A DNA stretch of 63,601 nucleotides, filler included, from Octopus bimaculoides (GCF_001194135.2; 6 parts of 5 records of this genome joined end to end with filler, not necessarily neighbours in it); one strand, 5' to 3'. Positions 22,530-37,177 are shown, numbered from the whole stretch's first letter. Translations and numbers: made by a program. Notes: generated from the letters alone by a model not told the origin.

Positions 22530-23204
22530 ACATGTATATACAGGTTAGTGTAAATGTAGGTATACAATTATGAAAAAAGAAAACACGTACAATACTCATT
22601 TATTTTTCTAAAAAACTGTAACGTATTATTAAAGTTATTAAACTTACTGTATATTATCTCTTTTGGCATTGCTCTCCTAATCCCGCTACAATCTGCTTCT
22701 CTCCAGATACCCGCTACAATCAATTCTTGTACTGACCACTGGCCTAGTTAGGTTTGGCCTCTTCCTTTTTACAATTTATCCCTGGTTCAATTACTTCCTT
22801 GAATTTCTTCTCACAGACGACACTAACAGATCGCGAAACCGATCCTGCGTCACTTACAACATTAGATTACCCTTATTTTCACTTTCTAACTTTACTAGGA
22901 ACTTTCCTATCTCTGATGGATTTTTCCAACATTTTCTCCCGAAGGCTGTATGAAAAAAAAATCTCGCAGCATTTCGTATACAAATACGTTTTTAAAAACA
23001 TTCGTTTCTATATCCTTTTCATAAATGTCGCAAGTAAGCACATGTGTGCAAAACACGATGGATAAAATTGTACTCGAATGTATTTGTGTGTATTAGTTTG
23101 TGTATGTTTGTGAGTTTGTGTGTTTGAGGGTATGTCGGTCGTTGTGGATGAGTGTGTTTGTGAGTGTGTGTATGAGTGTGCGTATGAGAGAGAGAGAGTG
23201 TGTA

Positions 23205-23236
<32 letters not shown>

Positions 23237-23939
23237 TGTGTGTGTGTGTATAATTTAATCATTCTGTCCCAATCCTCTCTGTCTTTTACATAATCCTTTC
23301 TATTTGAAATACTTTCACACTCAACTCAATTCTTCGATATCACACCCACTTTTTATATACCACTTTGTAACTCTCTGGCTCCAGCAGCAGTGGTAGGACT
23401 CATAAATTTTGATTTCTGTGTCCTTGTACGCCATCTGTGGCAAGTATCCACTTAGTCAAATTTCGCTTCTACAGATAGACGTAAACAGTGATTAACAAAA
23501 CATTAGTTTTTCAAAATACCCGCCGAGCTAGGTAGACTTTCGCTATTAGTTCAGAATAGCATTCTGTTTTCAATTAATGAGGATATACTTTCGAAAGCTA
23601 TATATATATATGGATGTATTAAAATTACTACATTTTATCTGCATGTTTAAAGACAATGACGCAAATGAGGCTATATAACGCTAAATCTATTGTGAACATT
23701 TGAAATGCCTTCATATTTTTTAATTGCATCTTTTATCACTGATTTGAGTAGATATTAACTAAATCTTTTACGAAATGTTATTTTGTCATTTCCAAGTTAG
23801 ATGGCACTTATGAAAGAATCTGATGACTCTTTTAAATATAAAATAGCAATACTGTTGCGAAATCTCTAGGCCTAATTTGCTAATATTTTGAGAAAGTGCT
23901 TCTTACATATACTGTTAAGGAAGGAATATGATGATGATT

Positions 23940-24108
23940 GTGGAGGCGCAATGGCCCAGTGGTTAGGGCAGTGGCCTAGCGGTCGTAGGATCGCGGTTTC
24001 GATTCCCAGACTGGACGTTGTGAGTGTTTATTGAGCGAAAACACCTAAAGCTCCGCGTTGTTCCAGAAGGGTGTGGTAGTGAACCATGCTGTACTTTTTC
24101 ACCACATG
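23940..24108 (+). mobile_element. SINE family C 5' portion only
   Basis: GTGGAGGCGCAATGGCCCAGTGGTTAGGGCAG...GGTTTCGATTCCCAGAC...GAGCGAAAACACCTAAAGCTCC matches the reverse complement of 3700-3828. Similarity is lost after ~170 bp. Confidence 0.85.
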
Positions 24109-24363
24109 CTAAAGTAAGAGCTAAATTAACTCCCAAGTCACTAAAGCAATTTACTTCATGGCTGATAAAGGAATGTAAGGCCCTAGCGTATGTAGCGGTA
24201 TCGCAATTTCGAGTTTTCTTGTAGACCACCTTAATTCTCGGCAGCAGCTCTTAATGCCTGGAGTTAAACTCAACTTTTTTTGTCAATCATAAAAAAAGCG
24301 TTGCTATTTCAAATTCATATTGTTTCTGTCCCACTAACCGAATACATATGCGCGCGCGTGTGT

Positions 24364-24402
<39 letters not shown>

Positions 24403-24434
24403 TGTGTGTATGTATCTGTTTTTGCGTGCCATTT

Positions 24435-25057
24435 TAAGCGTTGACCTGTAACTGCGAATCAAAGTGAATCTATTTTCGTAATCCTAATAAGAGAAATCAA
24501 AGGTTTGGTTCCGGCCAGGCTTCAGAACCTACTATGTAACAAGCGCAGTTTGAAAGGAAGGCCATATTGTGTATTTGCACTTTGAGTTTTTCCCATATTA
24601 TCATGTTGTGAACTCTAACCTTTACGCTCAACAAATGCAGTGTGTAAATAATGTTTTAAAAGACTGCTACCCTTATTGGTTAGCCAAAGAAACGTATTCC
24701 TACAGTATGATAATGCCCCAGCACACGTTGCTAATATGACCAAGCGCAATATCGAGGGACTGGAAGTGTTGTCTTAACATCATTGCAGAGCTGATGTTGC
24801 ACCACCACATCACTAACTTTTCTGAGCCATGGCACATTTCCTGTGCAAACGGAAGTTGAACAATATGGAAAAGGCTGAAAACAGGTTTTTCCCTCTGAAC
24901 CAGCCAAATGTTATAAGCGTGAGATTGAGCTTCGAGCACGACGATGGCAACAGACAATAGAATATGATGGGGCATATTTTCGGATAAAAGCTTTTCGTAT
25001 GTAATTCGTTTGAACTTTCACAGTCTGGGATACGAATTTTTTTTACTCAACCTGGTA
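24435..25057 (+). pseudogene. Decayed mariner transposase C-terminal half with right TIR remnant
   Basis: Broken translation gives IYFRNP, QFERKAILCI, LYAQQM, VFLQYDNAPAH, ADVAPPH (YSPDLAPSD-like), AMAHFL and RARRWQQTIEYDGAYF. It ends TTTTACTCAACCTGG followed by TA (25056-25057). Confidence 0.8.
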
Positions 25058-25096
25058 TATTCGTGCACTTAAAATAAAATACTCAGAATCTAAGAA

Positions 25097-25182
25097 ATAC
25101 AGTAACGGATTATAGATTAAATATCTTATGAAGACACATACAGTAACGGATTATAGATTAAATATCTTATGAAGACACATAC
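25097..25182. repeat. Perfect 41-bp tandem duplication
   Basis: ATACAGTAACGGATTATAGATTAAATATCTTATGAAGACAC occurs at 25097-25137 and 25138-25178. Confidence 0.95.
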
Positions 25183-25710
25183 ACTGCACGCACAAAACAC
25201 GAACACACACGCACACAAAACATACACTACACACACTACAGATACACACACTGCACACACGCACACATACGAGCAAACACGCGCACACACACGCGCGCGT
25301 CTAAGCGATTAAGTTTATGTAAACAACAAAACTCCTTTATAACATTATAATATATCATTACTCATAGACAAAGTGATCTTGCGGAGAGTTCCGTGCGCAA
25401 AACATCTGAGTATAGTGACGCAGAACTTTTTGGAGATAGTTAAGTTTTGTCTATCACTGCTGGAATATTGGAATGTGTGTGCGTGTGTATGTGCTCATCG
25501 TTACTTTACGGGTGTGACGGTAAGTTTTGGTGAAGTCTACCGTATACGTATACATATATAGGTACATGTATATTTACGTATATATGTATATACATGCATA
25601 CAACCGCATATATATGTATACGTGAATACAAACACACACACAGATATATATATATATATAATTGTGTATACATACATATACATACATGCATACATATATA
25701 TATAAACACA

Positions 25711-25746
<36 letters not shown>

Positions 25747-26861
25747 GCACATCCGCATACATATGCACTTACGCATATAAGTTTGCATTATATGATCCTC
25801 ATATCATCTTAAAACGTTACATTACCATATTTAATTCTTGAATTAGACTGGTGTATCATTTATTGAATTCATTTATAATTTCCAGTACGAGAAAGTATAT
25901 TTTTTCAGCAAAAATAATATAATAACTTGAACTTGTGTGTAGTCTGGCATAATCTGTACTCTCTACTAACAGTTTTCCCCCTTTCAAATAAAATTTGCTA
26001 TTTTATCTGATATGAAGTCATTTTTATTTCACAATTTAAGAGAATCATTGAAGAATGTGTTTATTCTTTACAAATCCCATGCTAGGTTTGGCACAATATG
26101 CTGTCGCAATGTAAAATTCCATCATGGCTGCCATTATTACACTATAGAATACCCACTCAAACTACCCACATATGTCGAATAATCCTTGTCGTTATAGTTT
26201 TCTTCTATCTTACCACCGTCGCAAATTTAGTCATCAATACCAACGCCATCAACAATGTGATTTTCGAAAACCGGTTAATTCCGATGTGAAATTCTCTTTT
26301 ACAAAAAGCTGACGAAGAACAATTGCTTGCCTGGCTAAATGTCATTTCCGAAAGCAAAGAATGTTGTACATTCCAGCTTTTACCAGCCCCATAATCTTCC
26401 CATAATTAGTTATCTTACTTTCTGCGTTTTGCAGACTGTGCAATCGCATCTCATTCATTGACTTTCCGGTCCGTCTTCATTTTCTGCACGCACACTCAAT
26501 CATAGAAAGGCAATTGGACAGACTTGTCTGAAATAGCTCATTTTCCTCTACGCTGACTGTTTATCTTATAGTTGCACAATCAATGATTTAGCGTGGGACA
26601 TTCACTTGAGAATATTTATGACACATTCATTCTTCTCTATCTCTCACATGTTCACGAATGGATGACTAAATTTAGGCGACAGTCAATTTTGCTACAATTA
26701 CGATTTGAAATCTGAATCCCATTAGAGAAACGATTACGATGTGTTGGTGTTTTCTCGAGTGTTAGCTCCTAAATATCGAGGTAGATTTTTTTTATGCAAA
26801 TGAAGAATACTTTGATTCTTAGCGATAAATTACTAGCTGATCTTTGCCGGCGGTTTATACA

Positions 26862-26913
<52 letters not shown>

Positions 26914-29857
26914 NNNNNNNNNNCGTATGTGTGCGTATGTGTGTGTATGTATATATACATCTGTGTGTGTGTGTACGTGTGTGTATATGTGTGTGTATGC
27001 GTGTGTGCGTGTGCGTGTGTGTATGCATGTAAGTATGTACATGTAAGTTCATGTGTGTAGATATGTAAGCGCATATATACATACATATACATATCTATCT
27101 ATATATATATATATATATATACATACATATTTATATATATATATATATATATATATACTTATAGGCATACACATTTGTGTATGTGTGTAGCGTCTTTGTG
27201 TACAGTAACCGGCGAAATCTACTTTACAATTGATTCAGAGTAGAATAGAGTGTTATTATCTATAAGTTTGTCGGCTAGGCTTTGAAGCCAGTTCATTTCT
27301 TTTATGATTATGATAGATTTATATTCATTATAGACATTTCGTCTGCGCAAATGACGTCACAGTACTCAGTCTTCTTCATGGACAGACAAAGAGTAGGTTG
27401 CCATCCTTCAGGAGATGAATATACGACAGGAAAATAAGAGTATATAACATCAGAGTGTCGAGTAATGTTTCAAATGAAAATAGAAAGTCTATACGTTGAC
27501 GTATTTAAATTAATATGCAGCACTGTATTTCAAACTCATTTTCTGAAGCCTAAATTGATATTTTAATAATTTGCCTAAGTTTGAACCCACATATAAAGAT
27601 ATGATAGAGATTGCCTTTAATTCGTCATTGTCCTTGTCTATATTAACTAACGTGTCCTTCCAATTTAAGACTACATCGTTTGATTATCTGGTAATTTAGC
27701 TGGCCATGTTAAACGTTTTTCTAAGTTATAGTAACTAATTTCAGTCAAATACACAAAAGCGATTAGTTTTAAGGGATTAATTATTTCCCTTATTGTCGAT
27801 TTATTCTATCCTACCTATTTAAAGAAAGATGGCGTGTAAAGAAATACTGGAAGTAACGTAAACAATAATTAAAAAAATATACGTTAGATGGCATTGTTCT
27901 GTGAAATTCCTTTCCACACCTTTAAAATATGCATATTAAATACATTAATTATTAAGAAATAGCATGATTTAAGCATCTCCCGATCTGCAGGCTACACATT
28001 TACTTCCTCTGCAAAACATTCTCTGGCAGTTGGCAAATCTTTTTCATTATCTACCAACCATGGAAATGTTCGTCCCCCTTGGCTTCAGATACGAAATCTT
28101 GAAATCTATTAAGTATGCCTGAACATCACCTCTTACTTTCCACGAGACACAGTACTATATATGAATATGACACTTGTGCAAAGACATCACCAGCTGTTTC
28201 CATAAATATTACACGCCGTCCTTCTCGACCACTTCGGTCCTCTCATACACACTTTGTTTTTTCTCTATTCAGGGATATAGTCCTACTTTTAGAAATCTCT
28301 AAGGTATATCCCATTTAAAAGAATATAAATCAGACTGATAATCACCATCCTAACGCATTCAATTCCTACATCTCAAATTTGATAAAAAGAGTCTCCGGTA
28401 ACAATGTTCTATACGTCATCGATTTCTCTTCCGTTACCGACCACCCGTGCTTTTTAAGTAAAGCAAGGTCTAAGGTAGAACTACCGTATGACAATTTTGT
28501 ATCATTGACCTTCATAGACTGTAGTTGCAATCAATATAATAAAAGGGATCGATTGCCTGTCGCACCAATACACTTTAAATCATCTTGCCTATTCGATATA
28601 TCCATGTGTTGTCTGTTGGATTCATGATTTCTTTATATTGGCCCCATAGCAGTGTTTGTTGTTAGAACTCTGTTTTTGCTCCACCGTCTCAAGTATGGTT
28701 TCTTCAAAATTCAGGAGTCTTGCTACATACTTTCTTTTATACACTTACATCGTGATACTTCGAATGACTCTCACTAGAATCACTGATTTAATGTCATTCA
28801 TTTATCTGCGAACTAAATACCTGCCGTTGCAAATGTTCTGAATCTATGAGATATAACTAAAAATATCTTCTAATTAGTAAATCCAATTGTGTTCTTTCGA
28901 CAGTGGGAAATTGTAATCAATATACACGTCTCAGCAAATAAGTTTCATTCTACACACACCTAAATATAAACATCACTCTACAACTACTAATTATCATTAC
29001 TACGTTTGGTCCCACCTTAATAAATACTGCATTACAACAATGATATATGTACTTTAGGGCCTGAATACAATTGATACCATCTGAAGTCATCGTCAGATGA
29101 ATCAACAGTGCAATATTACATGAGAGGTTTCCTGAAGGTAAATATACAAAAATCGAATACAACTATTAAAGTTAGGTCTGAGTACAAGTCCAGGTCAATG
29201 AATATATGAAAGGACAATATTTATTAACTGAAAAATATTGGGAAAATCGATCAAAATTTAACAGAACTACAGAAGTAAAAAGCGTTTGTATAAAACATAA
29301 CAGCTTTTTTTTCATATAATTTGAAGAATACTAATTTTTTATTTGACATAATTTTGCGCTTTCTGAAACTTTTGCTTAGAAATCACTAATTTATATTCTT
29401 TGTTGCTTTACTTTTTATAGGTTCTTTTTGTAATCATAAAAGAAATTAATACAATTTACAAAAATATAATTAATTTCCAACTTGTTATCCNNNNNNNNNN
29501 NNNNNNNNNNNNNNNNNNNNNNNNNNNNNNNNNNNNNNNNNNNNNNNNNNNNNNNNNNNNNNNNNNNNNNNNNNNNNNNNNNNNNNNNNNNNNNNNNNNN
29601 NNNNNNNNNNNNNNNNNNNNNNNNNNNNNNNNNNNNNNNNNNNNNNNNNNNNNNNNNNNNNNNNNNNNNNNNNNNNNNNNNNNNNNNNNNNNNNNNNNNN
29701 NNNNNNNNNNNNNNNNNNNNNNNNNNNNNNNNNNNNNNNNNNNNNNNNNNNNNNNNNNNNNNNNNNNNNNNGTACTAAAATGTGTTTATTTGGGAAGTCT
29801 GTTGTGTGGCATTATTCTGTAGTAATGCTCTTATATATATATATATATATATATATA

Positions 29858-30425
29858 ACGTTGACCACTAAAGTGGACATTTAATGTGCTAGAAATAGAC
29901 CACATGTGTCTACTACGACATAAATTGTTCTCAAAAAGAAAATCAGCGAAATACCAAAATGTATGCGGGCAAGACATTAAAAATTACAGAAATAAAACAT
30001 TATTACCCACGAACCGGTTTCGAAATCAACACTCTTACCGAATGTCTGTTTCTCTTCAGCGCAGTAACTATTTTCTGCAGACATATTCCCGGAATTAGCG
30101 CGCCAAAACGAAGACTTTTGATTTTTGCCATTAAGTTGTAATTAGCAGAACCATATACACGTTCACGTCTGGCGGTGAGCAACTTGTATAGGATTCTGAG
30201 AATTATGATTCCATTACAGTTCACGCTGAAGAGAAACACATTCGGTAAGAGTGTTGATTTCGAAACCGGTTCGTGTGTAATAATGTTTTATTTCTGTAAT
30301 ATTCAATGTCTTGCCCGCATACATTTTGGTATTTCGCTGAATTTTGTTTTGAGAACAATTTAGGTCTTAGTAGACACATGTGGTCTATTTCTATCTCATT
30401 AAATGTCAACTTTCGTGGTCAATGT
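29858..30425. mobile_element. 568-bp MITE with ~200-bp terminal inverted repeats, TA-flanked
   Basis: Arm 29858-30061 is a high-identity reverse complement of 30224-30425 (ends ACGTTGACCACTAAAGTGGACATTTAATG vs ACATTGACCACGAAAGTTGACATTTAATG). TA lies at 29856-29857 and 30426-30427. Confidence 0.88.
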
Positions 30426-32330
30426 TATATATAAAAATATACTTTAATCCTCTAAGATCTCAGATATTTTTTCTGAATCTCTCTGATTCTTTAAATGTGC
30501 TAGTTTCCGGGTNNNNNNNNNNNNNNNNNNNNNNNNNNNNNNNNNNNNNNNNNNNNNNNNNNNNNNNNNNNNNNNNNNNNNNNNNNNNNNNNNNNNNNNN
30601 NNNNNNNNNNNNNNNNNNNNNNNNNNNNNNNNNNNNNNNNNNNNNNNNNNNNNNNNNNNNNNNNNNNNNNNNNNNNNNNNNNNNNNNNATATATATATAT
30701 ATATACATATAATATGATTGCCTTAAGATGACCGATTTTGTCATCATTCCTGCTATATCAGGTTAAGTAACATTCTTACAGACGATTACTGAACGACGCC
30801 TTTATTTTCATATGCAATTAAATTAATTTTCTCTTGTTTTGCAAAATATATATTTGCAGACATTGAACGATAGTAAATGCATGTGTTCACATACTCAGAC
30901 AACTTATAATGTGCTTTTGTATTGTTTCGGATAATTGTGAAGTAAACACTTTGATTCAAAAATTATAAAATGTTCTATCATGCAGAGAAAATAAAGATTT
31001 AATTGTTGTAGAACAAAGCAGGTTATTGAATGTCTAGACAAGAATGTGTCATCATTTGCAGATAGTTGTTTAAATTGTTGTCATCGATGTATTTAAAAGT
31101 TGTTAACGACTTAAGTACTAAATATTACAACATATGAAAACCGTTATAAATATCACAATATCTAGTGTAAATTAATGCAATTTTGAATTTCACGTAATTA
31201 CAACAGAATGAGAACCGTAAGATAACAGTAAAAAATTGAAATATATTAGCGTAATTTCTATTTATTTATCTTCTTAATCTAATCATATATGTCTGTTTAC
31301 ATCAAAGAATGTATGCATATGTATAATTATTATTCATTTAGTAATCTCACTATTAATCACTTATTAAACATTACAAAGTTCATAATTGTGTTTTTTATTT
31401 AAATATGGAAATGACTCTGACACAATTGCTTAATATTTTATAAATTCATTTAGCTTGTGTGAGAATTAGAACAATATAAAGATATAAGGTAATATCTGTA
31501 AGTAGTTATTTATGTACAATATGAAATCAAGTGAAATGATATTAAGGTGCCACCTTTATTTGATTCACAGAACAATGAGTGACAAGGTAATTGTAAGTAT
31601 ACGTAGTACAGAAAAATAATTAAAACATAGGAACGGTATGAAGCGCTGCCGTAAAGGTTAAGTTTGTGATAATGAGAAATTCATGACATTTATAGCATAA
31701 TATTATTTTTATTAAAAATATTTCTCAAATGTATTTAATCGTGACAGAAATGACTCAAAGCATAGCGTTGTTGAAAAACACAGCCAAATTTTGTCAAAAA
31801 TTCATTAAAATGAAAAGAAAGCAATTATACATGAATAGCAACATTATTTATAAAACCATTGACGTCGAAAACAATGCAATTTCATACTGTATGTATTCAA
31901 TCGCTAGTGATTTAACGGCACAATGCAGCAAGGTCATTTTTATTAACACACCTTCGTTAATTATTTTAATTGCTATGTGTATAAATTGTTTACTACATTT
32001 CTGCCAATCCTTAGGCGTGAAATTTTAAATTTATTTTTCAGACTACAAGAGCGAAAATTTTGATAAGAAAGACTTCTGTTTGAATACGTATAAGACAAAC
32101 ATTATTTGCAAGGTCATTTTCAAAGCAATGCCATTATTTAACTCAATTAACAAGAAAATACAAGATGTTGATACAATCTACAAACTGACCAACAAAACTG
32201 TGTACTATATTTAGTTGCACAATATTCATATCTTAGGTTTAGAAACTCTCAAGTGAGTTCTTCTTTTCCGGTAATTTTGTCGGTGGTCGACAATATAAAA
32301 TAATTACATAGAAGCAAATGCAGTATACGG

Positions 32331-32380
<50 letters not shown>

Positions 32381-34211
32381 AAGTAACGAATAAGAAAGTG
32401 AGAAACAACCGAGTTATTACTGGATGAATAGTTTCTTTTGATATTTAAGGCTGTTCCTACAACACAGATTGTTTCATTCAAAAGAATGCAATTACTCAAC
32501 CGTTATTTGAATATTACTAGAAGTTCGCAGTCATTTTTGGTAGCCTGAATTCAAACAAGATGTCAAAAGAGATTTCGAATTGTAACAGATAACTTCAAAA
32601 CAAAAGGAATTACATTATTCATTATTTTCTTTATGCTGCATGCCTTGCCAGTTGTAACAATTTTCTATTCCACCAAATCACGTATAAATATTTTGTCGAC
32701 TACGGAATATTACTGCATAACGTTGCGATTTTTCAAACACATTCACACACACCTTAGATATACACTCTAACCAAGGCTTCAATGTAGCTACAATATATTG
32801 ACATGTTTTTGCCAATGTTTACGACGATCCATTCTTTCTTTAAACGTGTTTACAAGAGTAATCTCCATGAAAAGAATGAGAAATGACCAAATTAATTTAC
32901 TAAGACCAGTATTATTACGTTTATTGATATGTCTAAATGTAATGTTTAGATATTCTTTTCGACAACTGAAACGATGAGCTACCTATATAAAAAAGACATC
33001 AGAACCCGAAGTAATTTTATATTGATAAACAGAGTTTCTAGTCTTAGAATTACTTCTAAGGAAACGAATACGATTCGAATTTATATCAGAAATATTAATA
33101 TAGTTGTTATTATTGTTCATCGCAGCAGACTGCTACGATGAATTTATAAATAAAGAAACATAACATCTAAGGGTGTATTTTATCCCTCTGAAGAGATTAT
33201 GTTCAGAAATTTGAATTTCATATTTAATTAACTTCATAGTGTTCAACTGAAACAGCTGTAAGGGGTAATGATCGAGTTGATGCTAATAATAAACTCTTAT
33301 TAGCTATAAAACCTCCAGTTTCATCTTTTCTTCCTTTGCATGAAAATAAACTACAGTTTATATATATACCTATTATTTTAAGGAATTCAATTCCCCCCAA
33401 AATATTGGGTATTGAACCAGTATTTCCTTGGGTGTCACCACTGCACAAATACCGTATATACGTATAAATAACTGTACGGAGAGCTTGTAGCAATATAGGT
33501 ATGTTCGTACCAGTGGATGATAGGTGAAAGGATCCGAACAAAAATGTATTCTCGTTCGTAGAAGAGTAAAGTCTATTTTCGGCGGATCTTTTAAACCTCC
33601 TGTATTAACGAAATTGAGAATTGCTACACTAATATAGTCAAATATAGATTGATACGCGATATTCTTGGCGACACATTAATTATCTAAAGCAGAGAAGGCA
33701 GGACGCCTGCAGCTGCATAGTTGTATAGTGGGTGCCAAAAGGCAATTTTCTCAACCTGATTGATACCGAGCATCATAGGGATCACATATTCTAGATTTAT
33801 GAGGTGCAATGCTAGTAATTGTGAGAGAGCTATCCGAAGAACATAATTTATAGTATCTGTGATATCCGATGACATTACCTCCGCTATTCCTTATTTTGGT
33901 AATAAGCCTTACCTGATCTTTGGACGGAAAGTGAGTAGTGAACGGTATACTTGATCTAGTGTGCTCCAGTTTGACGGTTAGAAGAAGTTGTTTGGTTACT
34001 AGGCAACAGTTGGGAGTTACCTACGGTTCTATTTACTGCTACTCACTTCCGGATTCAGTATATCTCTAATGTTAAAGCAACGAATAATTCCGACATGAGC
34101 GGTCTCATATATATATATGCTCTGTCGCATTCAAATAACTGAAACGCATGTATGAGATAGAAAAAAGAGATTATCTATCTATCTATATATTTATCTATCT
34201 ATCTATGTATG

Positions 34212-34297
<86 letters not shown>

Positions 34298-36180
34298 CAT
34301 ATATATATACACACACACATACACAAACATACACACACACACACACACACATACATATATATATATATNNNNNNNNNNNNNNNNNNNNNNNNNNNNNNNN
34401 NNNNNNNNNNNNNNNNNNNNNNNNNNNNNNNNNNNNNNNNNNNNNNNNNNNNNNNNNNNNNNNNNNNNNNNNNNNNNNNNNNNNNNNNNNNNNNNNNNNN
34501 NNNNNNNNNNACATATATATATTTACATACATATAAATGAATATGAAAAAAGAGAAATAAAGAAGCAAAACATGTGGTATCACTTTAGAACGTTCTGAAT
34601 ACATACAGACAACTTGAATTATATGGATGGATGTAATATGTACGATTATGTGTGTAAGCATGTGAGAACATATAGGTATATTATTAAAAGGATAAAACTT
34701 TGTAAACGACATTCGCTATTTTGTAAGTATTATTACGAACGCCCCCACGCGAAGCACCTCGAAGAAGAGGAAACTCTCGCACGCGCGAACGTCAACGCTC
34801 ATTGAGTCGGGATGTTCGCCACGACTAAGCCTAGCCGGAGCACGTAACGATGACAACAGGCAAAAGGAGGACGAAATAACACGGAAACCATGCGTTGCGT
34901 AGTGAAACTAACTTTTTTTCTTTACATCACATGATCAAAACATTGCATAACAACAATTCAATGGCATTTAACAAAGGTTTCAGATCATTGCATAATCAAA
35001 AATTTACAATCAGAGTTCGTATATCAAGTCAATTAAAAGTTCTACTTCTTTGTTTTTCTTTTCTATGAACAACATGTCACAACAAAGTTCTTTTCTTTTC
35101 TTTTCCACGAGTTAACATCACAGTTAACGAAATCTCTTTTTCTTTTAAAACATGTAACAACAAAGTTCTCTGTTTAAAGAATATTTAAACAAATCTTCAC
35201 CGCAAGAATTTACTTTCCTTCAAAGCTCCCACTACAATCACAAGAACTGACCAACGTAGTACACTACAGTCTTTTGCCTGCCGCAACATTTCCATCTCTC
35301 TGTCCCTCTCTCTCTCAGACTCTATCTATTTCTGCTGACTGGTACCTTCAGACCATAGCCTCTCTCTCTCGGCCTCTGTCTGTCAGTCTCTCTGTTCATC
35401 TTGCTCCTCTACTGGCCGTTGGCCTTCAACTGGTATACATCTTCATCCACCGATTTTGTTTACAACAACTGCTTGTCCATCTTCACTGGCTGACCGCTCA
35501 CATCAATTCCTGTACGCCAACTCCTGATACCAATTCCGTACGCCAACTGCTCTAGCCAACCGCTCACTGTCGTATTTATCACAAATACCGTAGCTCAACA
35601 GTGCTACTTTACCCCCTCCGCAGCTGGGTCAGTTTAGTACAGTTCCTAAATTGCTTTTCTCAACTTTTGGTGACCGGAAAGGGTCAGCGATCACTCCTAC
35701 GCTAAAAAGAACTGTACTTGTTCACAGGACAAAGGAAATACCATTGTCCTCAACAACCAAAATACGGTTTCAAACCCAGCTCGGGGATAGGGACATAACA
35801 TCATCTTGTTTGTTTATCGGCGTCCGTATCAGTATTATAATATATATTTCCTAACTATAAAGGCTGAATTATTGTCTCCAGAAAATTTTCATTTGCAACA
35901 AGATATGGACCATTCAAAATTGTGTTCCAATATAATTGTAAGCTTTGTTAGACCTGCCTAATTTTAAGTGCACCTTGTTTTAATTTCTAACTGTTGAATG
36001 TAGGGAAACTGAAAATATACATATTCAATTCTCAAAGCTCATCTACAAATACTATCCAATGTATCGATGCACAACCCTTGGAAACAATGAAGCACACAAC
36101 ACCATTATACACAATCTTCATATGTTTATTAGGAACCCAATAGTGAAACACTTTCTGCAATAAGAGAAATTCATTAAAGT

Positions 36181-36520
36181 AAAACACAACCCAAATCAAT
36201 AAAAGTGACAAATGCGAAGTTATACCCAACAAAATTGAAACCAATATTTAAAAGATGCCTGTATCCAAACTGTAGAACATGCACCAACCTACTGGAAAGG
36301 TAGGAATACTACTTCAAACAAGGAGAGAGGTTCAAAATTAAGACTAATTTCACTTGTACATCCGAAAATTAAATTTATGCGATAACTTTTTGAGGATGTT
36401 GACACAACTATTTAAGCAAAACAAGAATGTTCCTTAGACGACGAAATACACTTCATAAGGAACAGATTCGCTTCCCAAGATATAGATAGATAATATTGAG
36501 TGAACAGATATGTGTAGGGA
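36181..36520 (+). pseudogene. Decayed Penelope-like GIY-YIG endonuclease fragment
   Basis: One frame with stops reads KTQPKSIKVTNAKLY..FKRCLYPNCRTCTNLL..FKIKTNFTCTSEN*IYAITF*GC*HNYLSKTRMFLRRRNTLHKEQIR. This matches the PLE CxxC linker plus N-x-IY...YxGxT...R...H pattern. A possible DKGNTIVLN remnant lies at 35728-35754. Confidence 0.75.
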
Positions 36521-37136
36521 ATCTCCAACCATACTTCACGGTTTCAATCCCATTAACAGTGCAAGGAAACAATCTCTATGCAACAACCATTAAATAAACA
36601 GAATATATTCATTGAAAAATACAAGCTACGCCTGAATATGAACGTTATTTTGTAAATATTTGGATTCATGAACGCATAATCAACTTCGTACATATTTTAT
36701 TTCATTATTTTAATTAATGAATTGTTTGACTTAGTAATATAAATACTATAAATTTATAGAGTCCAACAAGTGTACCGCCCTCACTCTACCCGCAAATGTG
36801 TATTGATCTCCCCTGTCTCGAAAAATAGCAATCACGAATTAAATCCCATTAGATTTATTAACATGCTGGTTCATTTGCGAACAAACTTGGGCTAAAAACA
36901 ACATGGACTAAAACCGTCTTAAATTACTAAGAAATAACGATTTTTTCACCAAATTCACAAACATGATTATCAAAACACGAAACCGGTATGTGATATAAAT
37001 ATTCTGTCCTATAAAGTATATAATAATATATAAATTTTCTGCATTTTCCTACAACTCACCATGCGCGGAAAACCTCTTCACAAAGCACTATCCTACACAT
37101 ACCCCCCCCCCACACACATAAACTCACACACACACA

Positions 37137-37177
<41 letters not shown>

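Noticed and set aside
36955-36993. TCACA...GAAACCGGTA-TGTGA downstream of the 36.2-kb PLE fragment
   Set aside because: Stem I pairs, but the core reads AACATGA (three mismatches to CTGATGA) and stem II does not pair.
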